Of a DNA stretch of 17,909 nucleotides, positions 1-7,890 are shown piece by piece. Every line of letters starts with the position of its first letter. Position 1 is the first letter of the stretch. The notes under the pieces are model-generated. The model was given only the letters and a program-made list of their open reading frames with translations, searched no databases and was not told where the DNA came from. This stretch comes from Planctomycetota bacterium (lineage in GTDB: Bacteria > Planctomycetota > UBA1135 > UBA2386): positions 1-17,909 of the forward strand of contig JBCCGH010000196.1 in assembly GCA_039029375.1 (NCBI GenBank), in the 5' to 3' direction. A program made the translations under genes and the position numbers.

Positions 1-120
1 GGCCTTATCCACGGCCCTCAGCGCCGCTCGCAGCGTTGGGTCGTCCTCGCCGTATCCACGAATATGCCTGCGGCGACCCGCCTTGCGACCGGCGCCGATG
101 TCTCGCGGATAAGGCCCCAT
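1..120 (-). CDS. 5' end of an unidentified gene that runs off the left edge of the window (N-terminus MGPYPRDIGAGRKAGRRRHIRGYGEDDPTLRAALRAVDKA...)
   Basis: ATG at 118-120 on the minus strand. The frame stays open to the window edge and the N-terminus is basic. No family could be recognised by eye. Confidence 0.35.
   Translation of the reverse strand, partial: MGPYPRDIGAGRKAGRRRHIRGYGEDDPTLRAALRAVDKA
44..90. repeat. Left copy of an imperfect direct repeat; the right copy is at 17838-17884
   Basis: tcctcgCcgtatccacGaatatgcctgcgGcg... against tcctcgAcgtatccacCaatatgcctgcgTcg... The 22-bp core (51-72 vs 17845-17866) has a single mismatch and the flanking ~50 bp are ~75% identical. Confidence 0.6.
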
Positions 121-443
121 CTGCCTGAATCACACCACTAGGCGACGACTGCTACTACGCCTTGGATCCGCAAGGCCTGGATGCCCTGCCTCGTCGTGTC
201 GGCCTTGAGGTCTTCCTATGGGACTGGTCCGACGACCAGGAGATCCTCGGGTGCGTGGCGACCCTTGAGCGATTCGGGGACGGATGGCGAGCGCGGCCGG
301 TCAGTGGCCTCTACGTTGGTCCGCCGCTGTGGTGAATCGCGGTGGCGGCCGACGGTGCTGCGCAACGTGGCCGCTTCGCATCGACTCCGGGGACGTTCGC
401 GCATCGCCATGCTCAGGCGTGGCCCCGCGGCCCTGGAGGCTCG

Positions 444-1535
444 CTAGAAGCCGAGAGTGACATCCTGGGCATTGAGCAGGACCAGTTGGTCTAGAGTTGT
501 CCCGTCCAGGCGAACGCCTTGGCTGGAGAGCCGGCCTCCTACAAGGCCAACTCTGGACGGGATTCGCACCGTGTGTGTTCCGGCAACCGGCGTCGCCCCC
601 AGGACGGCGAGGCTCGCCGTCGGCGCGAGCAGGAACTCACCGGTACCGAACGGCAGCGTTGCGGGAGCAGCACCGAGCACGACGAACGTGGCTGCCGTTT
701 GAGACGTCACGGCGATGGTGGTCATCCAGTCGTGACCGACGACGGGGCCGTTGACGCAGCTGTAGTCCGTGGGGTTGATCCCTGAACCGTTCCTGAACGC
801 ACAGGCAGCGCACGGCGCGGCCGACAGCAGCGCCATCTCTGGTCCGCTCAGAGTTCGCGTCCAGAGACCCGCATTGTCGTAGCTCCCACCCCGCCAGTAC
901 TCTTCCATCGAGGACACCGCAAACACGTCCTCCACCAAGTGCCAGTCGTGGGTCTGTGCGGCGATCGTCGATACCCCGAGGAGCTTGGTCGCGCCAAAGG
1001 GCGCTCCATCGACAAAGAACTGAACCGTTCCATTCGAGAACGTGAAGCCCGCGTGGTGCCAGCCGGCGTCCTCCGGGATGCTGGCATCCGACAGCACCGC
1101 CAGGCCGCCTGTCGTCAGCCGGAGCTGGCCGCCGCGGACGCGATCGAAAATGAGCTGCGATGGCGGAAGGGCGCCGGTTCCATCGAAGGACGTCAGCAGC
1201 CGTTTGAGGCGATTCGAGGTGTCCGACCGCGCGTTGTAGAGGATGCTGAACGATAGGCTGGGCGTACTGGTGAGGAGGCGAACCTGAGTGGCGACGTTCC
1301 CAAAGCCTGCGGCGGGCGACTGGATGTGTTGCGATGAGCTGGAGCAGAACGTGCCGGTGCTGCCGACCGGGATGTTCGCGGATTTCGTGGCGACCGGTCC
1401 GACGAGAGCGGTGATCGTGTTGCCGGTGACGTCTTCGAAATCATGGAAGAACGTGGCGTCGCCGACAGGCCCCTGAGCGGCCGCGGCAAGCGGTGCGACG
1501 AGGAGGGCGAGGGAGACATGGCACTTCAAGGTCAT
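444..1535 (-). CDS. Secreted LamG / concanavalin-A-like lectin-fold protein (363 aa) with an N-terminal signal peptide
   Basis: MTLKCHVSLALLVAPLAAAAQG is a signal peptide. DAGWHHAGFTFSNGTVQFFVDG matches the Laminin_G_3 / ConA-like core motif ('W-H-h-a-h-t...g...LYvDG'). Confidence 0.7.
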   Translation of the reverse strand: MTLKCHVSLALLVAPLAAAAQGPVGDATFFHDFEDVTGNTITALVGPVATKSANIPVGSTGTFCSSSSQHIQSPAAGFGNVATQVRLLTSTPSLSFSILYNARSDTSNRLKRLLTSFDGTGALPPSQLIFDRVRGGQLRLTTGGLAVLSDASIPEDAGWHHAGFTFSNGTVQFFVDGAPFGATKLLGVSTIAAQTHDWHLVEDVFAVSSMEEYWRGGSYDNAGLWTRTLSGPEMALLSAAPCAACAFRNGSGINPTDYSCVNGPVVGHDWMTTIAVTSQTAATFVVLGAAPATLPFGTGEFLLAPTASLAVLGATPVAGTHTVRIPSRVGLVGGRLSSQGVRLDGTTLDQLVLLNAQDVTLGF

Positions 1536-1740
1536 GGTTGCTCTGCTGAGTGGTGATGGGCCACGCGTGGTGTCCTCGGGGGCGAGTGGTTCGCCTCCCC
1601 CGAGGAGTGCGTCGTTCGAGCCCCGACTCTACCGAGCAACTCGCGCGAGGTCGTGGCGGGACGCGCACCGACCTCGGGTGACTCGTGGTTGGTCATGCGC
1701 TGGTCGCCCGGAGCGCGGGGACTGGCCGGTGGTGACCAGG

Positions 1741-1775
1741 CCTCGAGAAAACACCCCCGGGACCAGGCCCGGGGG
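1741..1775 (-). terminator. Rho-independent terminator downstream of the SPFH gene
   Basis: 8-bp GC stem cccccggg/cccggggg (1754-1775) with loop accagg. On the minus strand it is followed by TGTTTTCTC, 5 nt after the SPFH stop. Confidence 0.7.
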
Positions 1776-1779
1776 CCAC

Positions 1780-2916
1780 TCACTTCTCCTCTCCCTCCTC
1801 CTGGACCGCATCGCGGACCAGGCTGCGCAGCTGCGAGGCCACGTCGCCCGCGCCGAACACGAAGGTCGCCTTCGTGCCGGCGAGGATGTCCTGCAGCGCC
1901 TCCAGCTCCTTCATCCGGGCGAGCAGCGGGTTGTCGGCCAGGAGGCGCGCCGTGTTGGCCTGGCTCCGGGCTGCCGCTGTTTCCTCACGGCGCCGGATGA
2001 CGTTGGCCTCCGCCTGCTTCTGCGCCAGGATGACCTGGTTCAGAATCGTCTTCATGTCGCCCGGCAGAACGAGATCGCGGATGCCGACGCCGCGTACGGC
2101 CACACCGAACGCCTTGGCGCGCAACGCGACCGCGTCCCGCACCTCGGCACCCACGGCCTCCTTGTCGGCGAGGAGGCGCTCGAGCGGGCGGCCGCCGACC
2201 GCCGCGCGCAGCGCGAGCTGCGTTTCGCGGTAGAGGGCCTGTTCGGTGTCGCTCACGACGGACACTGCGAGTTGCGGGTCCGTCACCTGGTGTGTGATGA
2301 CGGCGTTCACGCGCAGAGTGACCTTGTCGGCGGTCATGATCTCCTGGCCGGCGACGTCGGCCACCCGCTCGCGCAGGTCCACGACCGCGAAGGTCAACCG
2401 GCCGGCGCCCTTCCAGAACGCGTAGACGCCCGGGCCGAACGAGTCGAGTCGCTCGCCTTCGACGAAGACGAGACCGCGGTGATCCGCGGCGACGCGCATG
2501 TCCTCGAAGAACGCCGCGGTGGGCAGCCGACTGAGGACAACGTCCAGCTTGTCGTGCTCGAACCGCACCGCGTCGGTCTTGTAGATCTCGGCGCGCAGCT
2601 CGTGCCGCGTCTTCCAGAACGCGTGCCGGCCCGGTCCGAGAATCCGCGCCAGGCGGCCGTCCTTCCAGAGGAGCGCCCGTTCGTGGTCGGCGAGCTCGAC
2701 GACGAGCAGCTGCTCGCGGACCTCGTGGTCCAACAGCAGTAGGTCGAGCAACTCGTGCGTGAATTCGTTTTGCAGGGTGTCGACCAACTCGACGTGGTCG
2801 CCGCGGAAGTAGCGTCCGGGCATCCAGTGGGCGCCGGGACGCAGAAGGGCACGAAAGTCGCCGTGGCGGAACCACAGTCCGACTTCGTGCTGACGAACTC
2901 GAATCAGGCTGCTCAT
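1780..2916 (-). CDS. SPFH / band-7 (stomatin-prohibitin-flotillin-HflKC) domain protein, 378 aa, with no N-terminal TM helix
   Basis: SPFH core: GERLDSFGPGVYAFWKG...DLRERVADVAGQEIMTADKVTLRVNAVITHQVTDP...GIRDLVLPGDMKTILNQVILAQKQAEA. An AAGGAG RBS lies 8 nt upstream of the ATG at 2914-2916. The 570-aa ORF in the track is an upstream over-extension. Confidence 0.85.
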   Translation of the reverse strand: MSSLIRVRQHEVGLWFRHGDFRALLRPGAHWMPGRYFRGDHVELVDTLQNEFTHELLDLLLLDHEVREQLLVVELADHERALLWKDGRLARILGPGRHAFWKTRHELRAEIYKTDAVRFEHDKLDVVLSRLPTAAFFEDMRVAADHRGLVFVEGERLDSFGPGVYAFWKGAGRLTFAVVDLRERVADVAGQEIMTADKVTLRVNAVITHQVTDPQLAVSVVSDTEQALYRETQLALRAAVGGRPLERLLADKEAVGAEVRDAVALRAKAFGVAVRGVGIRDLVLPGDMKTILNQVILAQKQAEANVIRRREETAAARSQANTARLLADNPLLARMKELEALQDILAGTKATFVFGAGDVASQLRSLVRDAVQEEGEEK

Positions 2917-3278
2917 GGCAGTGCTCCTTCGGTTGGGGGGGGTGATGGGGAGTCGTTGGGGCTTGGTTTCGATGGATGTCGCACGCGAGAGAGAGTGCGG
3001 TCGGGAGGTGTCACGCGATCCAGGCCCGCTTTGGCAGCGGAACCGCGCGTTCGTGCGGCGAGGGATCGAGGCGAAGGCCAGCGTCGGGATGCTCCATTTC
3101 GCGGAGTGGTCCGTCCGCCGGCGTGCGCGACGATGAGCGCCGAGCAAAGGACGCGATTGCGAGGCTGCCGCGACGGTGCCCCGGCTCGATTCGGCGACGC
3201 AAGGTCGCTCGGACCGAGTCCGGGCCGCCGGTCCGCAGGCACGCTCCCGACCGACACCGGGTCGTAAACGGCTAGAAA

Positions 3279-3422
3279 GGCCGGTTGGGGATTCGAACCC
3301 CGAGGACTGTGAGTCCTTTACCACCCAGACGGGTCTCGAACCCGGGCCGACGCTCGCGCGTCGGCCTCCCCCAGACGGGACACCGGGATAGGATTCTGCG
3401 AGGGACGCCGGTCGAACCCGCG
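3279..3422 (-). other. Cluster of tRNA-like T-arm hairpins (possible tRNA 3'-end remnants or an att-site scar); not an intact tRNA
   Basis: Three GGGTTCGA T-loop-like hairpins on the minus strand: CGGGG-TTCGAAT-CCCC, CGGG-TTCGAGA-CCCG and GGGTTCGACC. There is also a GGCCGACGC-GCGA-GCGTCGGCC GNRA hairpin. No 7-bp acceptor stem and no tmRNA tag frame could be built. Confidence 0.25.
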
Positions 3423-3810
3423 TTCGCGGAACGCAGCGTACCGACACCGGGATCGATCGAGCCGGTGGGGGCGCCGCGCCGCCGGACGACATCCGGTCGA
3501 AGAATGCGAAGTGGGGCCGGCCGCCAGCCGGCCCGAGTCACAGCGTGTTCGCTAGACGATTTCTCTCCATGGCTGCCTCCCTGGGAAAGCGGTGACGGTG
3601 TGAAATGTCGTCGATCCAGCGCGGGGCGACCGACGACGAGGAATGATGATGGGCGAGGACACAGTCCCAATGGACGAATGATGCCCTCATTGCGCCGGAC
3701 GCGGCGGTCCGGCGACTTGGGGTGGTGGCTTGATTGTCAAAGAGCGGGCGGTCCGCCAATGAGTACGGACCCCGACCGATCCGGCAGACCGGCGCATTGC
3801 GTCGTGGCCG

Positions 3811-3849
3811 GGTTAAAACGAAAAGGCCCGGGACACTGTGTCCCGGGCC
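3811..3849 (-). terminator. Strong minus-strand intrinsic terminator
   Basis: 11-bp perfect stem ggcccgggaca/tgtcccgggcc with loop ctg, followed on the minus strand by TTTTCGTTTTAA. Confidence 0.55.
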
Positions 3850-3960
3850 TTGCCATGCGCGAAGTGGACCGAGACGTCAGAGCGGTGGGTGCGCGCGACC
3901 GGAGAAGGGCGCGAACCGTTCGATGTCGAGCATCTGTGGTTGGTCGTGTTCCATCGCTAC

Positions 3961-3998
3961 GTCCTTGAACAGAAAAGGGCCCAGGTCATCCCGGGCCC
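3961..3998 (-). terminator. Weaker minus-strand terminator-like hairpin
   Basis: GGGCCC...GGGCCC stem with loop aggtcatcc, followed on the minus strand by CTTTTCTGTTC. Confidence 0.3.
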
Positions 3999-4499
3999 AC
4001 GCGTCGCGCAATGCCAGGGGGTCAGGCTTGGAGCGTCGTTCCGGCCGCGTCGAAGGGCGGCCCGGAATGGGGCTGCCCGGAGTGGGCTGACCGCATTCGC
4101 GTAAGGTGACTCCGTTCCATTGGCGGACCTTTGTATCACAATCGACGCGCGCGTGCTCCACTGTTTCTGGTCGAGCAGCGCGAAAGCGTTGGCCGTGCTG
4201 CGGACGATGGTGGCCCAGGGGAAAAGCGGCGGCGCGCGAATCGAGCTATGCTCCCGGGTCACCCGCACCATGACCGCTGCCAGCGTCCGCCTACCCCAGC
4301 TCGTGACCTTCCGCGTGAGGCACGGGAAACCGAAGCGGGGCGGCTCGCCGGTGCGGCGGAGCACCCGCCGTCGGTGCGCTCCGTCTCGCGCGATGGGACC
4401 CCGATCCTCATGGTTGCCGATGATTGGGTTCATCCTTGACCGAACCGTGGAGGTGCGGGGCGGGGATCTGCGGTCGGCGACCGTGGTGGGTGGTTAGGG

Positions 4500-6080
4500 G
4501 TGCGTTCGCAACCCGGAGTGCAACCACGCACGATCGCTGCGCTCGCGGGCCGGTTGCTCGAATGGAACGCTTCGGGGGTGGAGACGTTTTGGCGCGCGAG
4601 CTCGCGCCAGACCCTCGTCCAGTTGGTCGCCGGGAGCTTTGCCGCAATCGCGGTCATCGAGGTGTGGCGGCTGGCGTCTGTCGCTGCCACCGGTGATGTC
4701 GGTGTCCTTGGAGACGCCCCGTTCGCTTGGTACGCCTACCATCCGGGCCGGGGCGTCGCCTCGTGGGTGGTCTCTGCCTGGCCTCTCATTCCTTGGGCCC
4801 TCGGCGTCGGCGCGGGCTTGGAGTTGTGCGTGCGCAGTGCAAAAGGCCAAAGTGCGCGCCGGCATCGCCCCGCGGAGATCGTTCTGGTCGGCCGTGCTCT
4901 CCAGGCGGTTGTCCTGGTGGTCGCAGCCGCTCACGGCGCGACGATGGGTCGGACGGCACCCGGGCTGTGGATCGCGACGGGTTGGGGGGCCGGGTACGCG
5001 CTCGTCGTTTGGCTGCGCCGCTCGCCCCGCGGTCGCCAATGGTGGTCCTTCTGGACCCGGACACGCGGCCGGCAACCTCGGCTCGACGCGCGGGTCCTGG
5101 CGTGCTTGGTCGGGGCCGGCTTCGCTATGGCCGTGCTGTCGATTTTCCTTGCGAGGGCGGCTGGCGCGTGGGGGATTGTGCTCGTGGCGACCGTGCTCGC
5201 GGCGCCCGCTGTCGCGTTTGCTGCCCCGAGTTGGCGCGTGGCGGAGGTGGGAGCCGGGGGAGCCGAGTCTGGCGCGGCGCCGGATCTGGAATCCGAGCTT
5301 CCGGGGCTACACATGATCGAGATCGGCGCCGGGACGTTCGAGATGGGAGGGACGCGCTACGGTGATGAGCAGCCCGTGCACCGAGTCACCGTTGCCGCGT
5401 TCGCGATGGGCGCCACCACCGTCACGCGGGGGCTGTACCGCGCGGTGCTGCGGCGCGCTCCGGCAACGGAAGGACTCTACAAACCCAACTGGCTCGACGA
5501 GGCGGACGGAAACGAGTTGCCTGCCACCGCGTTGAGTTGGGTCGACGCAGCGCGCTTTTGCAATGCGCTGTCTCTACTCGCTGGACGGTCGCCGTACTAC
5601 CGGATGCGCGGCGTGGGAGACAACGCTCGGCCGGTCGCGGATTCGACCGGCGGCTACCGACTGCCCTCCGAGGCGGAGTGGGAGTATGCCTGCCGGGCTG
5701 GCACGACCACCGAGTATTCGTTTGGCGATGATGCATCGCTGCTCAGCGAGCATGCGTGGTGGGGGAACAACTCGGACACAGGATCGGGCCGCTCGGCCCA
5801 GCCGTGCGGCGGCAAGACACCAAATCCGTGGGGTCTGTGCGACATGCACGGCAACGTGTGGGAGTGGTGCGAGGACGACTGGCACGACGACTATCAGGGC
5901 GCGCCGACGGATGGCCGTGCGTGGAACGACGATGGCGTGAGTCGGGTGCTGCGGGGCGGCTCCTTCGGCGTCGACTACCCGGGGCTCTTGCGCTCGGCGT
6001 GCCGGCGCAGGAGCGAGCCCACGCGCCGGCGCGAGAGCATCGGCTTCCGCGTCGTCCGTCCCGCGCGCCGCCAGCGGTGA
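4500..6080 (+). CDS. DGR target protein 1: ~6 predicted TM helices at the N-terminus plus a C-terminal FGE-sulfatase (CLec-fold) domain that carries VR1; GTG start is uncertain
   Basis: Six hydrophobic segments lie within aa 40-235. The FGE/SUMF1-type domain reads GAGTFEMGGTRYGDEQPVHRVTVAAF...RLPSEAEWEYACRAGT...HGNVWEWCEDDW...RGGSF...IGFRVVRP. Its last ~45 codons are homologous to the TR. Confidence 0.8.
   Translation: MRSQPGVQPRTIAALAGRLLEWNASGVETFWRASSRQTLVQLVAGSFAAIAVIEVWRLASVAATGDVGVLGDAPFAWYAYHPGRGVASWVVSAWPLIPWALGVGAGLELCVRSAKGQSARRHRPAEIVLVGRALQAVVLVVAAAHGATMGRTAPGLWIATGWGAGYALVVWLRRSPRGRQWWSFWTRTRGRQPRLDARVLACLVGAGFAMAVLSIFLARAAGAWGIVLVATVLAAPAVAFAAPSWRVAEVGAGGAESGAAPDLESELPGLHMIEIGAGTFEMGGTRYGDEQPVHRVTVAAFAMGATTVTRGLYRAVLRRAPATEGLYKPNWLDEADGNELPATALSWVDAARFCNALSLLAGRSPYYRMRGVGDNARPVADSTGGYRLPSEAEWEYACRAGTTTEYSFGDDASLLSEHAWWGNNSDTGSGRSAQPCGGKTPNPWGLCDMHGNVWEWCEDDWHDDYQGAPTDGRAWNDDGVSRVLRGGSFGVDYPGLLRSACRRRSEPTRRRESIGFRVVRPARRQR
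5941..6073 (+). repeat. DGR variable repeat VR1
   Basis: 133-nt alignment to the TR. 17 mismatches, all at TR adenine positions (AAC codons). The A-free 3' segment cggcttccgcgtcgtccgtcccgcgcgccgcc is identical to the TR and is IMH-like. Confidence 0.85.
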
Positions 6081-6104
6081 TTCGCCCTTTGCGCCTTGCC
6101 CCTT

Positions 6105-6123
6105 GCCGCGCCGCAGGCGCGGC
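6105..6123 (+). other. GC hairpin downstream of VR1 (putative DGR homing/cruciform element)
   Basis: GCCGCGCC-GCA-GGCGCGGC followed by cgcgcgtgt, 31 nt after the VR1 end. A near-identical element follows VR2. Confidence 0.6.
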
Positions 6124-6172
6124 GCGCGTGTGTCACCGCAGCGACACTCACGTGTCACCTTGGTGACGACGC

Positions 6173-7165
6173 TCAGAAACACAGCAGCCCGCGATAGGAG
6201 GCCACCACCCGCTCCAACTGTGCGGGTGACTGAGCCGCGGCGACCCGCAGGCGCGCGTCGAGCCGGCGGCGCAACTTCCGCGAGGCGCTCACCCCGGCGC
6301 GACTGATGCGATAGCCCAAAAACACCGCGGGCTCCCGATTGGGGACGACGTGCCACCGCTTGCGATTCAGCTCCAGCCCGCGCTCGCGCTGGAGCCACGC
6401 CGCGATCTGAGCGCGCGCCTCGCGGAGCCGCCCAGCGTCGTCGTCGAACAGCACGAAGTCGTCGGTGTAGCGCACGTAGCCTGGGGCCTTGAGCTCTCGT
6501 TTCACGTGATGATCGAGCCCGTCCAGGTAGAAGGCTCCGGCCCATTGGCTCAAGTACGATCCCAAGCTCAGGCCGCTTTCGGTCGGCAAGGGCGCCCGTT
6601 CGAGGTCGAGTGCAGCCACTGCCAGGGGACTCTCGTACACCGCCGCGTGCGAAGCGAGCTGCCGGTCGATCAACTGCCGCGTGCACGGATCGCGCAAGCG
6701 GCGAAACATCAAGCGCCGCAGCGTCGGCAAGTGGATCGAAGCGAAATAGCGCCGCACGTCGAGGTGCACGCGGTGGCGATGCCGGCGCTGCAGCCGTAAG
6801 AACGTCAGACAAGCGCGCAGCGGACCCTTGGCCTGGGATTGCGCGAAGTGCTCGGGTCGGTAGCCCTGCTCATACGCGGGGCCGATCTCGTCGAGGAGAG
6901 CGCGCTGCACGATCCGGTCGCGGATCGCGGGCGCGGCGATGATGCGGACCTTGGGGTCCGCGATCACCCGTAGCGTCCAGGGCCGAGGCCGGTACCGGCC
7001 ATTGCGCAGTGCCCGGTGTAGCTCCAGGATCTTGCGATCGGCATCGAGGTCGAACCACGCCATTCGCGGCTGCCGCGACTTGCCTCGGCGGCAAGCGCGG
7101 TACGCGCGCCACAGCGCGACGTGGTCGGTCAGGCGTGCAAAAGACCCGGCTGGAACTCGGCGCAT
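6173..7165 (-). CDS. DGR reverse transcriptase (330 aa)
   Basis: RT motifs present: KVRIIAAPAIRDRIVQRAL (motifs 1/2), LDVRRYFASI (motif A), YVRYTDDFVLF (YxDD). The DGR-diagnostic SLGSYLSQ ([ILV]GxxxSQ) is also present. A TR lies immediately upstream. Confidence 0.9.
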   Translation of the reverse strand: MRRVPAGSFARLTDHVALWRAYRACRRGKSRQPRMAWFDLDADRKILELHRALRNGRYRPRPWTLRVIADPKVRIIAAPAIRDRIVQRALLDEIGPAYEQGYRPEHFAQSQAKGPLRACLTFLRLQRRHRHRVHLDVRRYFASIHLPTLRRLMFRRLRDPCTRQLIDRQLASHAAVYESPLAVAALDLERAPLPTESGLSLGSYLSQWAGAFYLDGLDHHVKRELKAPGYVRYTDDFVLFDDDAGRLREARAQIAAWLQRERGLELNRKRWHVVPNREPAVFLGYRISRAGVSASRKLRRRLDARLRVAAAQSPAQLERVVASYRGLLCF

Positions 7166-7337
7166 CAGCGCAACCCAAAGACCGCGTCCCTAAAAAGAGG
7201 CCCGCGCGGACGGTCGGCCGTGCGGCCTACAAGACCGCGCGGGCAGGGGGATCGCGGGGTGCCCCGGCCGTTTCGGCCGAGGTCGAAGCCCCGCCCAAGC
7301 CCTGCACGGCGCCGAGGCGGAGTCGCGGGCGGCGTGT

Positions 7338-7470
7338 TGGCGGCGCGCGGGACGGACGACGCGGAAGCCGATGTTCTCGTTCCGGTTCGTGGGCTCGTTC
7401 CTGTTCCGGTACGCCGAGCGCAAGTTCCTCGGGTTGTCGTTGTCGAAGGAGCCGCCCCGCAGCACCCGAT
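7338..7470 (-). repeat. DGR template repeat (TR)
   Basis: Adenine-rich in the sense (minus) orientation: 27 As, AAC codons translating as ...GGSFDNDNPRNLRSAYRNRNEPTNRNENIGFRVVRP. It is the invariant master copy for VR1 and VR2. It lies 45 nt downstream of avd and ~170 nt upstream of the RT. Confidence 0.85.
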
Positions 7471-7514
7471 GGGGCGGGACGGGAAGTTCGGGCTTGGTGA
7501 AGGTGTGAGCATGG

Positions 7515-7889
7515 CTAGCGGGGCTCGAGCGAGCGCAGCCAGCCGCCCAGCTGGCGGCCAATGCGATCCGCTTCGCCGAGCGCGAAGAACGCCTGCGAGG
7601 AGGCGAGCAGCGCACGCGCCTCGGCGAGCCGCAGATGCACGCGCAGCATCACGAGGCGGTCGTCGGCTTCGGCGAGCCGTTCGTCCACCTCGCGGTGCCG
7701 GACCGCGAGGCTGATGGCGTCGAGCAGACGCAGGCCGTTGTCGCACAGCGAGCGTGCCAGCGGCCGATCGTCGTCCTCCAGCCGATCGAGCAGCCAGGTG
7801 CAGAGTGCGAAGGTGTCGCGGAACACGGGCGCTGTGCCCGGCCGGGGGCGTGGCGTGGTCGGTGGTTCGGGAAGCATGGCGCGGCACAC
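7515..7889 (-). CDS. avd: Avd-like DGR accessory variability determinant (~120 aa helical bundle); start is GTG at 7889 or ATG at 7877
   Basis: Canonical position between the target gene and TR-RT. Size and helical character fit Avd. LVMLRVHLRL...EADRIGRQLGGWLRS resembles Bordetella-phage bAvd LAMLRFWLRFL...EVGRILGSWIAR. Confidence 0.6.
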   Translation of the reverse strand: MCRAMLPEPPTTPRPRPGTAPVFRDTFALCTWLLDRLEDDDRPLARSLCDNGLRLLDAISLAVRHREVDERLAEADDRLVMLRVHLRLAEARALLASSQAFFALGEADRIGRQLGGWLRSLEPR

Positions 7890-7890
7890 C

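Noticed and set aside
1534-2742. 402-aa plus-strand ORF, and other long overlapping ORFs in the track (1985-2875 -, 5574-6812 -, 8244-8972 -, 8290-9507 +, 9314-10621 +, 10020-11024 +, 13874-14719 -, 14365-15135 +)
   Set aside because: They are antisense or out-of-frame to genes with clear domain signatures (SPFH, FGE, RT, MoxR, TIR). Their translations are Arg/Ala/Pro-rich low-complexity strings, which is typical of stop-codon scarcity in 70% GC DNA.
3279-3370. Intact tRNA (anticodon loop CTCACAG would give tRNA-Val CAC)
   Set aside because: The T-arm follows the candidate anticodon stem with a 0-1-nt variable region. No complementary 7-bp acceptor 5' strand exists upstream. It is treated as a tRNA-derived fragment only.
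3279-3660. tmRNA (ssrA) on the minus strand
   Set aside because: Some resemblance at the 5' end (GCUGGAUCGACG) and a T-arm at the 3' end. However, the putative acceptor stem would be GGCCGGU/ACCGGCC with no G3:U70 and no GGGG start. No ...ALAA-stop tag reading frame is present (only ...RLANTL*).
3957-4433. 158-aa minus-strand ORF and 88-aa plus ORF (3838-4104)
   Set aside because: Both read through strong terminator hairpins and have low-complexity composition. No recognisable motifs.
7190-7615. 141-aa minus-strand ORF containing ...LRGGSFDNDNPRNLRSAYRNRNEPTNRNENIGFRVVRPARRQ
   Set aside because: This is the DGR template repeat read in the VR frame. It has no start context, no FGE domain upstream, and its tail is junk. 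It is a non-coding TR, not a third target gene.
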